From: Candidatus Fermentibacteraceae bacterium
GTDB lineage: Bacteria > Fermentibacterota > Fermentibacteria > Fermentibacterales > JCC-6
DNA: 56,694 nucleotides
Direction: 5' to 3'
Assembly (NCBI GenBank): GCA_041686025.1
Contig: JAWLEP010000019.1
Span: 1-56,694 of the forward strand
The position numbers were made by a program, and so were the translations under genes. Shown in pieces: positions 38,197-47,271 of the stretch (positions within the stretch are counted from its first letter, which is position 1; the number at the start of each line of letters is the position of its first letter). The notes under the pieces are model-generated. The model was not told the origin of the DNA. It saw only the letters and a list, made by a program, of their open reading frames with translations, and searched no databases.

Positions 38197-39486
38197 ATGC
38201 GGGAACTGGCGCTCCTCGCCCTGCTGACGGCTGCGGCCCTGGCCGGGCCGGTGACCGAGATGGAGCTCTCCAACGGCATCCGGGTGATCAGCCGCAAGCT
38301 GGAGACGGGCAGCGTGGAGGGGGTCTCCCTCTTCATCGAGGGCGGCTCCCGGGCCCTGGACGAGGAGACCCAGGGCCTGGAGGCCTTCGCCCTGGAGTCC
38401 GCTCTGATGGGCGGAGGCGAGTACACGGGGCCCGTCCTGCGCCAGGTCACCGACACCACGCTGGCGGAGGTCACCGGTACCTACAACTACGACTACAGCC
38501 GGATCCATGTGCGCTGCCTGGCCGGGGACCTGCCCCTGCTGCTGGATGTCCTCTCGCAGTGCCTCTCGGAGCCGGAGATGGAGTCCGATGCCGTGGAGAA
38601 GGTGCGGCAGTCGATGCTGGCGGACCTGGCGGAGGCGGAGGTGGACCCGGACCGGGCGGTGTGGCACGTCTGCAACCGGGCCTTCCTGGACCGCCATCCC
38701 TACATCCTCAAGCCCGACGGCGTTCCCGGAACGGTGCAGTCCTTCAGCTCCGCGGAGGCGGCGGACTTCCTGCGGGAGAGGCTGCGGGCGGGCAACCTCC
38801 TGATCACCCACGCGGGGTCCACGCCGGACTCCCTTCTCCTTCCCCTCCTGGAGGAGGCATTCGGTTCGCTTCCCCGGGGGGGTGGAGGGCTGCCGGAAGC
38901 TCCCCCGTTCCGGCTCCGGTCCGACACCCTGGTCACCGAGGAGCGGGAGGTGCAGACCGCCTACGCCGTGGTGAAGTTCGAGGCCCCGCCGGCGGGCCAT
39001 CCTGACAGGCCGGCGTTCATGGCGGGCATGAACGCCCTCAGCGAGGTTCTGTGGGACGTTCTGCGGACCGAGAGCAACCTGACCTACGCCACCTACGCAG
39101 GCGCCACCTTCTACCCGCGCAACTGGGGCTACATGTACGTGAGCTCCCCCCTGCCGCAGGAGGCCTGCTCCCTGATGGCCTCGGTCTATCGGGGGACGGC
39201 TGCGGAGGGGTTCGACCCCGATCTGCTCCGCGGCTCCATCGAGACCTATCGGACCGGACGGGGGATGAGACGGGCCAGCCGCGACATGCAGTGCTGGCTC
39301 CTGGGTGTGGGCGAGGTATCCGGCGACGGCTGGAGGAGGACCTACTACCTGGTGGACTCCCTGGCGGCGCTGGAGCCCGCCGACGTGAGGCAGGCGCTGC
39401 TGGACTGGTCCGGGCCCTGCGCCTGGGGCGTGATAGCATCCGGGGAACAGCTGGAGGACCTGGAAGGTCCCTGGCCGGTACGCTGA
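38197..39486 (+). CDS. M16 peptidase, non-catalytic partner subunit
   Basis: LSNGIRVI, no HxxEH, LR....LTY substrate motif, signal peptide. Confidence 0.85.
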   Translation: MRELALLALLTAAALAGPVTEMELSNGIRVISRKLETGSVEGVSLFIEGGSRALDEETQGLEAFALESALMGGGEYTGPVLRQVTDTTLAEVTGTYNYDYSRIHVRCLAGDLPLLLDVLSQCLSEPEMESDAVEKVRQSMLADLAEAEVDPDRAVWHVCNRAFLDRHPYILKPDGVPGTVQSFSSAEAADFLRERLRAGNLLITHAGSTPDSLLLPLLEEAFGSLPRGGGGLPEAPPFRLRSDTLVTEEREVQTAYAVVKFEAPPAGHPDRPAFMAGMNALSEVLWDVLRTESNLTYATYAGATFYPRNWGYMYVSSPLPQEACSLMASVYRGTAAEGFDPDLLRGSIETYRTGRGMRRASRDMQCWLLGVGEVSGDGWRRTYYLVDSLAALEPADVRQALLDWSGPCAWGVIASGEQLEDLEGPWPVR

Positions 39487-39506
39487 GGGGACCCGCCCGC
39501 TCGGAG

Positions 39507-39535
39507 TTGACGGGCGGCTCGTCCAAAAATATTTT
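39507..39535 (+). promoter_or_regulatory. Putative sigma70 promoter of the ABC pair
   Basis: TTGACG-17 nt-TATTTT, followed by a 9-bp hairpin at 39543-39564. Confidence 0.65.
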
Positions 39536-39591
39536 ACCGAATTCCGTCGGCGGCTGCCGACGGACGACCATGCCACCGGAGGGACTGCTTC

Positions 39592-41424
39592 TTGCAGCTT
39601 GCCAAGAGACTGACCGCAGCGCTGGGCACCGAGGAGGGAGACCCCGGAGCCCCGTCCAACCTGAAGATGCTCCTGATGCTCATCTGGAGTCACCGCAAGG
39701 CCGTGGGCATAGGAATACTGGCCCTGGTGGGAGTGGACGGACTGCAGCTGCTGGTGCCCAAGATCTTCGAGCGGATAATCGACCAGCTGGCCCAGGGAGC
39801 CGCAACCTCCGAGAAGCTGATCCTCCTGGGCGCCGGGGTGGTGGGCGTCTACATCGGCATGGGGCTGTTCCGCTTCCTCTGGCGCTACTTCCTCATCGGG
39901 ACGTCCATTCGAATAGACCGTGACATCAGGCAGAACCTCTACGACCACCTCCTGAAGCTGTCTCCCCAGTACTACGACCGCACCAAGGTGGGCGATATAA
40001 TGGCCCACGCCACCAACGACATCCGCGCCATCAGGATGGCCACCGGCATGGCGGCGCTGGCCAGCTTCGATGCCGCGCTGCTGGCGGTGGCCACCATAGC
40101 CATCATGATCACCATGAACCTCAGGCTCACGCTGCTGGCCCTGATTCCCCTTCCCATCCTCTCGGTGACCATGCTGCGCTTCGGCAAGCTGGTGCACAAG
40201 CGGTTCACGGCGGTGCAGGAAGCCTTCAGCGAGCTCTCCGAGAAGGCACAGGAGTCGCTCTCCGGGGTTCGGGTGATCAAGGCCTACGGCGACGAGGATT
40301 CGGAGTGCCGCTACTTCTCCGAGAAGGCCGAGAGCTGCGCAGACCAGAACATCCACCTGGCCAAGGTCTGGGGGCTGTTCATGCCCATCATCTCCGCCCT
40401 GGCCATGGCCAGCCTGGCGATACTGCTGGGGGTGGGCGGGCGGATGGTGGTCTTCGGCTCGGTGTCGCTGGGCCAGTTCGTTGCCTTCTCCAGCTACCTG
40501 ATGATGCTCACCTGGCCGATGATGGCGGTGGGCTGGGTGGTGAACATGCTCCAGCGGGGAACCGCCAGCATGAAGAGGCTTCGGCGGATACTGAGCACCA
40601 TGCCGGACATAGCCGACGGCACGATAGAAGAGGTCCCGGACAACTCCATCGAGGTGCGGGACCTGAGCTTCACCTACCCGGGCACGGATACCGAGGTCCT
40701 GCATGACATCGGCTTCCGCCTGCCGCCGAACTCCACGCTGGGAGTTGTGGGCCGTACGGGATCGGGCAAGACCACCCTGGTGGAGGTGATGATGCGCCTC
40801 TACGACCCTCCTTCCGGCACCGTGTTCGTGGGCGGCCGCGACGTCACCGACCTGAAGGTGGAGAGCCTGCGGTCGATGTTCTCCTACGTCCCGCAGGAGA
40901 CCTTCCTGTTCGCCATGTCCATCGCGGACAACATCTCCTTTGGTGCCGACGACCTGGACCGGGACAGGATCAGGGAGCTGGCCGAGGTCGTGGACATAGC
41001 CGACGAGATCGAGAGGTTCCCCCAAGGCTTCGACACCGAGGTGGGCGAGCGGGGAGTGAGCCTCTCCGGCGGCCAGAAGCAGCGGGTGGCCATTGCCCGG
41101 GCCCTGGCCGCGCGTCCCAGCATACTGGTGATGGATGACGCCCTGTCCAGCGTGGACACCGAGACCGAGGCCTCCATCATCGCCCAGCTGGACTCGGAGA
41201 TAGAGGACCAGACGAACGTGATCATCGCCCACCGCATCAGCACCGTTCAGCGCGCCGACCTGATACTGGTGCTGGACGACGGCAGGCTGGTGGAGGCAGG
41301 CACCCACGAGGAGCTGATTGCGCGAGGAGGCATCTACCGCGAGCTCTATGACATGCAGCAGCTGGAAGAGGAGGCCTGCCGGGAGGAAGAGTGCCCGGAG
41401 GACGGGGAAGGGGATGAGGCCTGA
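39592..41424 (+). CDS. Heterodimeric ABC exporter subunit 1 (TMD+NBD)
   Basis: Six TM helices, GRTGSGKT, LSGGQ, non-canonical Walker B ILVMDDA. Confidence 0.93.
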   Translation: MQLAKRLTAALGTEEGDPGAPSNLKMLLMLIWSHRKAVGIGILALVGVDGLQLLVPKIFERIIDQLAQGAATSEKLILLGAGVVGVYIGMGLFRFLWRYFLIGTSIRIDRDIRQNLYDHLLKLSPQYYDRTKVGDIMAHATNDIRAIRMATGMAALASFDAALLAVATIAIMITMNLRLTLLALIPLPILSVTMLRFGKLVHKRFTAVQEAFSELSEKAQESLSGVRVIKAYGDEDSECRYFSEKAESCADQNIHLAKVWGLFMPIISALAMASLAILLGVGGRMVVFGSVSLGQFVAFSSYLMMLTWPMMAVGWVVNMLQRGTASMKRLRRILSTMPDIADGTIEEVPDNSIEVRDLSFTYPGTDTEVLHDIGFRLPPNSTLGVVGRTGSGKTTLVEVMMRLYDPPSGTVFVGGRDVTDLKVESLRSMFSYVPQETFLFAMSIADNISFGADDLDRDRIRELAEVVDIADEIERFPQGFDTEVGERGVSLSGGQKQRVAIARALAARPSILVMDDALSSVDTETEASIIAQLDSEIEDQTNVIIAHRISTVQRADLILVLDDGRLVEAGTHEELIARGGIYRELYDMQQLEEEACREEECPEDGEGDEA

Positions 41425-43526
41425 TGCCACCCCATGGTCCCGGCAGCGGCGGAGGCTACTTCCAGTCCGACGACTACGAGGGCAAGGTCTACGACGCCCG
41501 ACTGGTAAGGCGCCTCCTTCGATACGTTCGCGCTCACCGGAAGCTGGTGATGCTGGCCATCCTCTTCATGGTCCTGTCAACGGGGGTCGAGCTGGCGATA
41601 CCCTACCTCACCAAGGAGGGCATCGACCGCTATCTGGCCAGGCTCTACCAGGTCTACACGGCGCCGCCCGCGGTCTCGGACTCCCTGTTGGAGGCCGACC
41701 CCGAAGGCAGGGACTTCCGGGCGGGAGCCGGAGACAGGCTGCTGGTGCGCAAGGCCGCCCTGGACGACATGGGCCCGGCCAGGCGGATCAGCCTCCTGGA
41801 GGCCGGTGAGCTGGACAGAACGACCTATTACCTCTTCCCCGCTGAGGAGTACGAGGAGGGCGAGTCGCCCGGGCGTATTATGGGCGAATTGTGGCTGGTT
41901 CCGGAGAGGAAGCTCTCGGAGGTTTCCCCCGAGACCATCGTGAAGATCAGGGGCTCGGACCTGGAGGGCATAACCAGGCTGGCGCTGCTGGCGGGCCTGC
42001 TGATACTGCTTTCTCTGGGGGCGGGCTACGGTCATGTGCTGACCCTGCAGATAGCGGGCCAGCGCTCCATGTACGATCTGCGGATGGCGCTGTTCACCCA
42101 CATCCAGAGGCTCTCCCTGAGCTTCTTCGACCGCAATCCCATCGGCAGGCTGGTCACCAGGGTGGCCAACGACATCGAGGCCCTCAACGAGATGTTCACC
42201 GCCGTTCTGGTGAACGTGCTGAAGGACGTCTTCCTGCTGGCGGGCACCATAGTGATACTCTTCGCCATGGACGTGAGGCTGGCCCTGATATCCCTGGCGG
42301 TGGTTCCGGTCTTCGCCTTCGTCTCCGTGGTATTCCGGGTTAAGGTCCGCGGCGTATACCGCGACGTCCGCAAGTACCTGGCCAGCCTGAACTCCAGGCT
42401 GGCCGAGGACGTCAGCGGCATAAAGGTCATCAAGATCTTCCGGCGGGAGAGGGCCAGGAGGGAGCGCTACAGCGAGACCAACGAGAGGTACTTCGACGCC
42501 AATCTCCGCCAGATAATCCTCTTCGGAGTCTTCAGGCCGATGATAGAGGTGGTGGCCGCCATCGGCATCGCGCTGGTGCTGGTCTTCGGCGGCCGCGGCG
42601 TTCTCTCCGGCTCGCTCACCCTGGGCGTCCTGGTGGCCTTCATCTCATACGTGCGGCAGATGTTCAGGCCCATCTCGGACATCAGCCAGAAGTACAACAT
42701 CATGCAGAGGGCCATGTCCTCCGCGGAGAGGGTCTTCAAGATAATGGACACCGAGGAGGAGGTTCGGGAGACCGACAGTCCGGCCGTTCCCGAACGGATA
42801 GAGGGCCGGGTGGAGTTCCGGGACGTGAGCTTCGCCTACGAGCCGGACAAGCCGGTGCTGAAGGAGGTCTCCTTCACGGTGGAGCCGGGGAGGAGCGTGG
42901 CCCTGGTGGGCCCCACCGGCGCCGGGAAGACGTCCATCATCAACATCCTCTGCCGGTTCTACGACGTGGATTCCGGAGAGGTCCTGCTGGACGGCATCGA
43001 CCTCCGGGACCACAGTCTCTCCGCACTGAGGGACAACATCTCCATAGTCCTGCAGGACGCCTTCATCTTCAGCCGCGACGTGGAGGACAACATCCGCCTG
43101 GGAGAGGACATACCCATGGACAGGGTGATGGAGGCCGCCGGTATGGTGCAGGCCGACCGCTTCATCGAGCGACTTCCCGAAGGCTACGAGGAGATGATGA
43201 GCGAGCGCGGGGCCACCCTGTCCACCGGCCAGAAGCAGCTGATCTGCTTCGCCCGGGCCCTGGCCCACGACCCCAAGGTCCTGATACTGGACGAGGCCAC
43301 CAGCAGCGTGGACACCGCTACCGAGCAGCTTATACAGAACGCTATCGAGACCCTCATGCGCGGCCGGACCAGCATCGTGGTGGCCCACCGCCTCAGCACC
43401 ATCCAGAACGCCGACGAGATCCTGGTAATCGACGGCGGCCGCATAGTGGAGCGCGGCAACCACCAGGAGCTCCTGGCCCGCCGCGGCATCTACTACAACC
43501 TCTACCTCCTCCAGTACCAGCAGTAG
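41424..43526 (+). CDS. Heterodimeric ABC exporter subunit 2 (TMD+NBD)
   Basis: GPTGAGKT, LSTGQ, ILDEAT, AHRLST; long loop after TM1. Confidence 0.93.
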   Translation: MPPHGPGSGGGYFQSDDYEGKVYDARLVRRLLRYVRAHRKLVMLAILFMVLSTGVELAIPYLTKEGIDRYLARLYQVYTAPPAVSDSLLEADPEGRDFRAGAGDRLLVRKAALDDMGPARRISLLEAGELDRTTYYLFPAEEYEEGESPGRIMGELWLVPERKLSEVSPETIVKIRGSDLEGITRLALLAGLLILLSLGAGYGHVLTLQIAGQRSMYDLRMALFTHIQRLSLSFFDRNPIGRLVTRVANDIEALNEMFTAVLVNVLKDVFLLAGTIVILFAMDVRLALISLAVVPVFAFVSVVFRVKVRGVYRDVRKYLASLNSRLAEDVSGIKVIKIFRRERARRERYSETNERYFDANLRQIILFGVFRPMIEVVAAIGIALVLVFGGRGVLSGSLTLGVLVAFISYVRQMFRPISDISQKYNIMQRAMSSAERVFKIMDTEEEVRETDSPAVPERIEGRVEFRDVSFAYEPDKPVLKEVSFTVEPGRSVALVGPTGAGKTSIINILCRFYDVDSGEVLLDGIDLRDHSLSALRDNISIVLQDAFIFSRDVEDNIRLGEDIPMDRVMEAAGMVQADRFIERLPEGYEEMMSERGATLSTGQKQLICFARALAHDPKVLILDEATSSVDTATEQLIQNAIETLMRGRTSIVVAHRLSTIQNADEILVIDGGRIVERGNHQELLARRGIYYNLYLLQYQQ

Positions 43527-43628
43527 AAAAGGGGACGGAGGTATTTTAAACCTGAAATAAATAGCCACGGCTCCCACCATGCACATAGAGCCATTTATTT
43601 CAGGTTTAAAATACCTCCGTCCCCTTTT
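43527..43628. repeat. Single 36-bp inverted-repeat element with GGGGACGGAG ends
   Basis: 43527-43562 is the exact reverse complement of 43593-43628; 30-nt centre. Confidence 0.95.
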
Positions 43629-44127
43629 GTGGGGGCGGCGGGGGCTGCGGCTCGCCGGCGGCGAGGATGCGCAGCAGGCCGGCGGCCAGCACGAGGCGGG
43701 GGTGGCGGCGGCGGCCGATGCGCGGGGCCAGCCTGTCGGGATGCCGCAGCGGAGGGGGGCCCCCGGGCTCCAGATGCGGGGGCATGCGGGGGACGTCGGC
43801 CAGCTCCAGCCAGCCGGCCACCTCCCCGGAGGAGCCCCCGCGGGCCAGTCCGACCGCGATGCCCAGCTCGCACTTCGCGGCCGCCATTCGGTCGAAGCCC
43901 GGCGGCTTTTCGTCCGAGGACCAGACCATGGCCCTTCGCCAGCGGGGAAGCAGCAGGCCGTAGCGGCCCTCGGCCGCCGGGGGCTGCGCCGACCGCCAGG
44001 AGGGTACACCGCGGCCGGCCAGCCAGCGCCTGGCCACCGCCTCCGAGCACAGGAGGCGGAAGCCCGCCGGATCACTTCCGGCCTCGCGGCGCAGCGTCCT
44101 CAGCAGCCTCCCGGACAGCTCGATCAT
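43606..44127 (-). CDS. Hypothetical protein
   Basis: ATG with SD GGGGAGGAG; fills the gap between the ABC pair and the gcv promoter; stop lies inside the repeat arm. Confidence 0.5.
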   Translation of the reverse strand: MIELSGRLLRTLRREAGSDPAGFRLLCSEAVARRWLAGRGVPSWRSAQPPAAEGRYGLLLPRWRRAMVWSSDEKPPGFDRMAAAKCELGIAVGLARGGSSGEVAGWLELADVPRMPPHLEPGGPPPLRHPDRLAPRIGRRRHPRLVLAAGLLRILAAGEPQPPPPPQKGTEVF

Positions 44128-44270
44128 GCTCCTCCCCGAGCTCCTTCCCCGCCTGGTGATCCCCTCCTGCGGCGTCCGGGGCCAACATATCCCGGGCGGC
44201 ACCCCGGCGGGAAGTGCTCTTCCTTCGGGGGAGGTCTGCGGCCATTTTCGGCCCTTTTCGGCCCTTCCTG

Positions 44271-44299
44271 TAGACTTTGCTTTGTTGCATACTTACAAT
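44271..44299 (+). promoter_or_regulatory. Putative sigma70 promoter of the gcv operon
   Basis: TAGACT-17 nt-TACAAT in an AT-rich patch. Confidence 0.65.
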
Positions 44300-44357
44300 T
44301 CTGTACGGATAGTTTTCCCATTACTCGACTGACATTTCGGGATGCAGGGGTGAACAC

Positions 44358-45461
44358 ATGGAGAAGAGAACCGCGCTCTACGACAGGCACGAGAAGCTGG
44401 GGGCGAAGCTCTCGCCGTTCGCCGGGTTCGTGATGCCCATACGGTATACGAGCGTCCGCGAGGAGCACATGGCCGTCCGGGACAACGTGGGCGTCTTCGA
44501 CCTCTCGCACATGGGCGAGTTCAGGGTCCGGGGAAAGGACTCCCTGGCCTTCCTCGACCATCTGCTCTCCAACGACGCCGACGTGGAGGTGGACCAGGCC
44601 TTCTACTCCACCATGTGCTACCCCGACGGGGGCATCGTGGACGATCTGATCACCTACCGCCTGTCCGAGAGCGAGTTCCTGATGGTGGTGAACGCCTCCA
44701 ACATCGACAAGGACTGGGCCTGGGTGGAGAGCCACATGAAGCCCTTCGACGTGCAGGTGACCAACGAGTCCGACGCCACCTCCCTGGTGGCCATACAGGG
44801 GCCGCGGGCCCAGGAGGTGGTCGCGAAGCTCACCGATGAGGACCTGGACGCCATAGGCTACTACCACCAGCGGAGCGGAACCTTCGCCGGCAGGCGGGCC
44901 CTGATCGCCCGCACCGGCTACACCGGCGAGGACGGCTTCGAGATATACCTGGCCAACGAGGACGCTCCGGAGGTCTGGGACGCAGTGATGGAGGCCGGAT
45001 CGGACGTGGGGGACGGCATAGCGCCCGTGGGTCTGGGGGCCCGTGACTCGCTTCGGCTGGAGATGGGCTACGCCCTTTACGGCAACGACATAGATCACAC
45101 CACCTCTCCGGTGGAGGCCCGGCTCGGCTGGGTGCTGAAGCTGAAGACGGACAAGGACTTCATCGGCCGCGAGGTCATAGAGCGCCAGAAGAAGGACAAG
45201 CCCGGCAGGTACCTGGTGGGCATGGAGGTCCGGGGCAAGGGCTTCGCCCGCCCGGGCACGGAGGTCTACAGCAGGGACCGGAAGGTGGGCACCGTAACCA
45301 GCGGCATGCTGGGACCTGCGGTTGGCCATGGGGTCTGCCTGGCCTACCTGGAGCGCGGCCATCACAAGCGGGGCCTGGAGCTGGAGGCCGACATCCGCGG
45401 CAGGCGGGTGCCGGTGGTCAGGGTCAGGCTGCCGTTCTACAAGGAAGGTTCGAGGAAGTAG
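44358..45461 (+). CDS. gcvT: Glycine cleavage aminomethyltransferase
   Basis: FDLSHMGE, GGIVDD, VVNASN, RTGYTGEDGFE, GLGARDSLRLE. Confidence 0.96.
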   Translation: MEKRTALYDRHEKLGAKLSPFAGFVMPIRYTSVREEHMAVRDNVGVFDLSHMGEFRVRGKDSLAFLDHLLSNDADVEVDQAFYSTMCYPDGGIVDDLITYRLSESEFLMVVNASNIDKDWAWVESHMKPFDVQVTNESDATSLVAIQGPRAQEVVAKLTDEDLDAIGYYHQRSGTFAGRRALIARTGYTGEDGFEIYLANEDAPEVWDAVMEAGSDVGDGIAPVGLGARDSLRLEMGYALYGNDIDHTTSPVEARLGWVLKLKTDKDFIGREVIERQKKDKPGRYLVGMEVRGKGFARPGTEVYSRDRKVGTVTSGMLGPAVGHGVCLAYLERGHHKRGLELEADIRGRRVPVVRVRLPFYKEGSRK

Positions 45462-45508
45462 CGGATGGGACTGCTCGGCCGGCCCGGCCGATGCCGAAAG
45501 GAGCGAAG

Positions 45509-45895
45509 ATGAGCCACATACCGGAGGATCTCAGGTACACCGAGACCCACGAGTGGGTCCGCAGGGAGGACAGCGGCGGCTACACCATGGGAATCACCGA
45601 CCACGCCCAGGACCAGATGGGTGAGATAGTCATGGTGGAGATGCCCCCCGACGAGTCCACCTACGGCGGCGGAGACCCCATTGGGTCGCTGGAGGCGGTC
45701 AAGACCGCCGAGGACTTCCTGGCCCCCATGGACCTCGAGGTGTCCGGCACCAACGACAGCCTCGACGACAGCCCCGAGCTGGTGAACCAGGACCCCTACG
45801 GCAAGGGCTGGCTGGTGCGCTTCACGGCGGACGACGACTCCCAGTTCGACGATCTGATGACCTCCGACGAGTACGCGAACCACATAGGCGAGTGA
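45509..45895 (+). CDS. gcvH: Glycine cleavage H protein
   Basis: LRYTETHEW, GITDHAQ, lipoyl motif EAVKT, NQDPYGKGW. Confidence 0.95.
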   Translation: MSHIPEDLRYTETHEWVRREDSGGYTMGITDHAQDQMGEIVMVEMPPDESTYGGGDPIGSLEAVKTAEDFLAPMDLEVSGTNDSLDDSPELVNQDPYGKGWLVRFTADDDSQFDDLMTSDEYANHIGE

Positions 45896-45918
45896 CGCCA
45901 GGGACGGGTGCGGCAAAG

Positions 45919-47271
45919 ATGACCAGATACATCCCCAACCAGGACGACCAGCGGCGCAGGATGCTGGAGAGGATGGGAGCGGGGTCCTTCGAGGACCTGC
46001 TGGCTCCCCTTCCGCAGGAGGTCAGGCTGGACCGCGAGCTGGACCTTCCGGGGCCGGTCTCCGAGCTCTCGCTGCACAGGCAGATGGCGGGACTGGCCCG
46101 GACCAACACCGGGTCGGAGAAGGTCTGCTTCGCCGGGGGAGGGGCCTACGACCACTTCATCCCCGCGGCGGTGGACCACATACTCTCCCGCAGCGAGTTC
46201 TACACCGCCTACACCCCCTACCAGGCCGAGGCCAGCCAGGGCACGCTGCAGTCGATATTCGAGTACCAGACCATGGTGGCCAGGCTGTGCGGAATGGAGA
46301 TAGCCAACGCGTCGATGTACGACGGCGCCTCCGCCGCCGCGGAGGCGGCCCTGATGGCCATCCGGGTGAAGCGGAAGGACCGGGTCCTGGTGGCCGGCAC
46401 CCTCAACCCCCGCTGGCTGCGGGTGATCCGCACCTACCTGGACCGGGCGGGGTTCTTCGTGGGGGAGGTCCCCTTCGACGACGGCGGGCGTCTCGACGAA
46501 GACGCCCTGGAGGCTCAGATGGAAGACGGCTTCTCCGCCCTGGTGGTGCAGTATCCCGACTACTTCGGGCAGGTGTTCGACCTGCAGCCGCTGGCGGAGA
46601 AGGTCCACTCCCGGGGCGGGCTGCTGGTGGTGGCCGCCGACCCCGTGGCCCTGGCCATGCTCAAGTCGCCGGGCGAGTGCGGGGCCGACATCGTGGTGGG
46701 GGAGGGCCAGAGCCTGGGCATCCCGCTCTGCTACGGCGGCCCCTACTGCGGGTTCATGGCCAGCCGCAAGAAGCTGGCCCGAAAGATGCCGGGAAGGCTC
46801 ATAGGCAAGACGGTGGACAGGGCCGGCGAAACCGGATACGTGATGACGCTGCAGACCCGCGAGCAGCACATACGGCGGGAGAAGGCCACCAGCAACATCT
46901 GCACCAACCAGGCGCTGTCGGCGCTCACCAACTGCGTCTACATGGCGCTGCTGGGGGAGACCGGTCTGCGGGAGGTGGCCCGCCAGTGCTACCAGAGGAC
47001 GCACTACACGGTCCGCCGCATCCTCGAGGAGGTCGAAGGGGCCGCTGTCGTGTTCGACAACCCCTTCTTCCGGGAGGCCGCCGTGCTCCTGCCCGCCTCG
47101 GGAGAGGCGGTTCGGGACGCCATGCTGGACCGGGGCTACCTGGCCGGCATACCGGTCCCCGGACTGGGGGAGGGGGCCCTGCTCCTGTCCGCCACCGAGA
47201 AGAGAACGAGGGAGGAGATCGACGGCCTGGCCGAGAACCTGGCCCCGGTCTGCAGGGAGGTGGCCACATGA
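45919..47271 (+). CDS. gcvPA: Glycine dehydrogenase subunit 1
   Basis: EFYTAYTPYQAE, NASMYDG, GEGQ, LQTREQHIRREKATSNICTN. Confidence 0.96.
   Translation: MTRYIPNQDDQRRRMLERMGAGSFEDLLAPLPQEVRLDRELDLPGPVSELSLHRQMAGLARTNTGSEKVCFAGGGAYDHFIPAAVDHILSRSEFYTAYTPYQAEASQGTLQSIFEYQTMVARLCGMEIANASMYDGASAAAEAALMAIRVKRKDRVLVAGTLNPRWLRVIRTYLDRAGFFVGEVPFDDGGRLDEDALEAQMEDGFSALVVQYPDYFGQVFDLQPLAEKVHSRGGLLVVAADPVALAMLKSPGECGADIVVGEGQSLGIPLCYGGPYCGFMASRKKLARKMPGRLIGKTVDRAGETGYVMTLQTREQHIRREKATSNICTNQALSALTNCVYMALLGETGLREVARQCYQRTHYTVRRILEEVEGAAVVFDNPFFREAAVLLPASGEAVRDAMLDRGYLAGIPVPGLGEGALLLSATEKRTREEIDGLAENLAPVCREVAT

Noticed and set aside
37978..41430. 1150-aa minus-strand ORF and similar long antisense or off-frame ORFs (e.g. 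27111-29600, 49303-51432)
   Set aside because: They lie opposite well-supported genes, lack motifs and are expected from stop-codon scarcity at high GC.
39592..43526. Defective ABC transporter (DD Walker B, LSTGQ signature)
   Set aside because: This is the normal degenerate site of heterodimeric exporters; likewise the HxxEH-less M16 subunit is the normal partner.
44300..44357. Glycine riboswitch upstream of gcvT
   Set aside because: The leader is only about 50 nt and has no glycine aptamer consensus.
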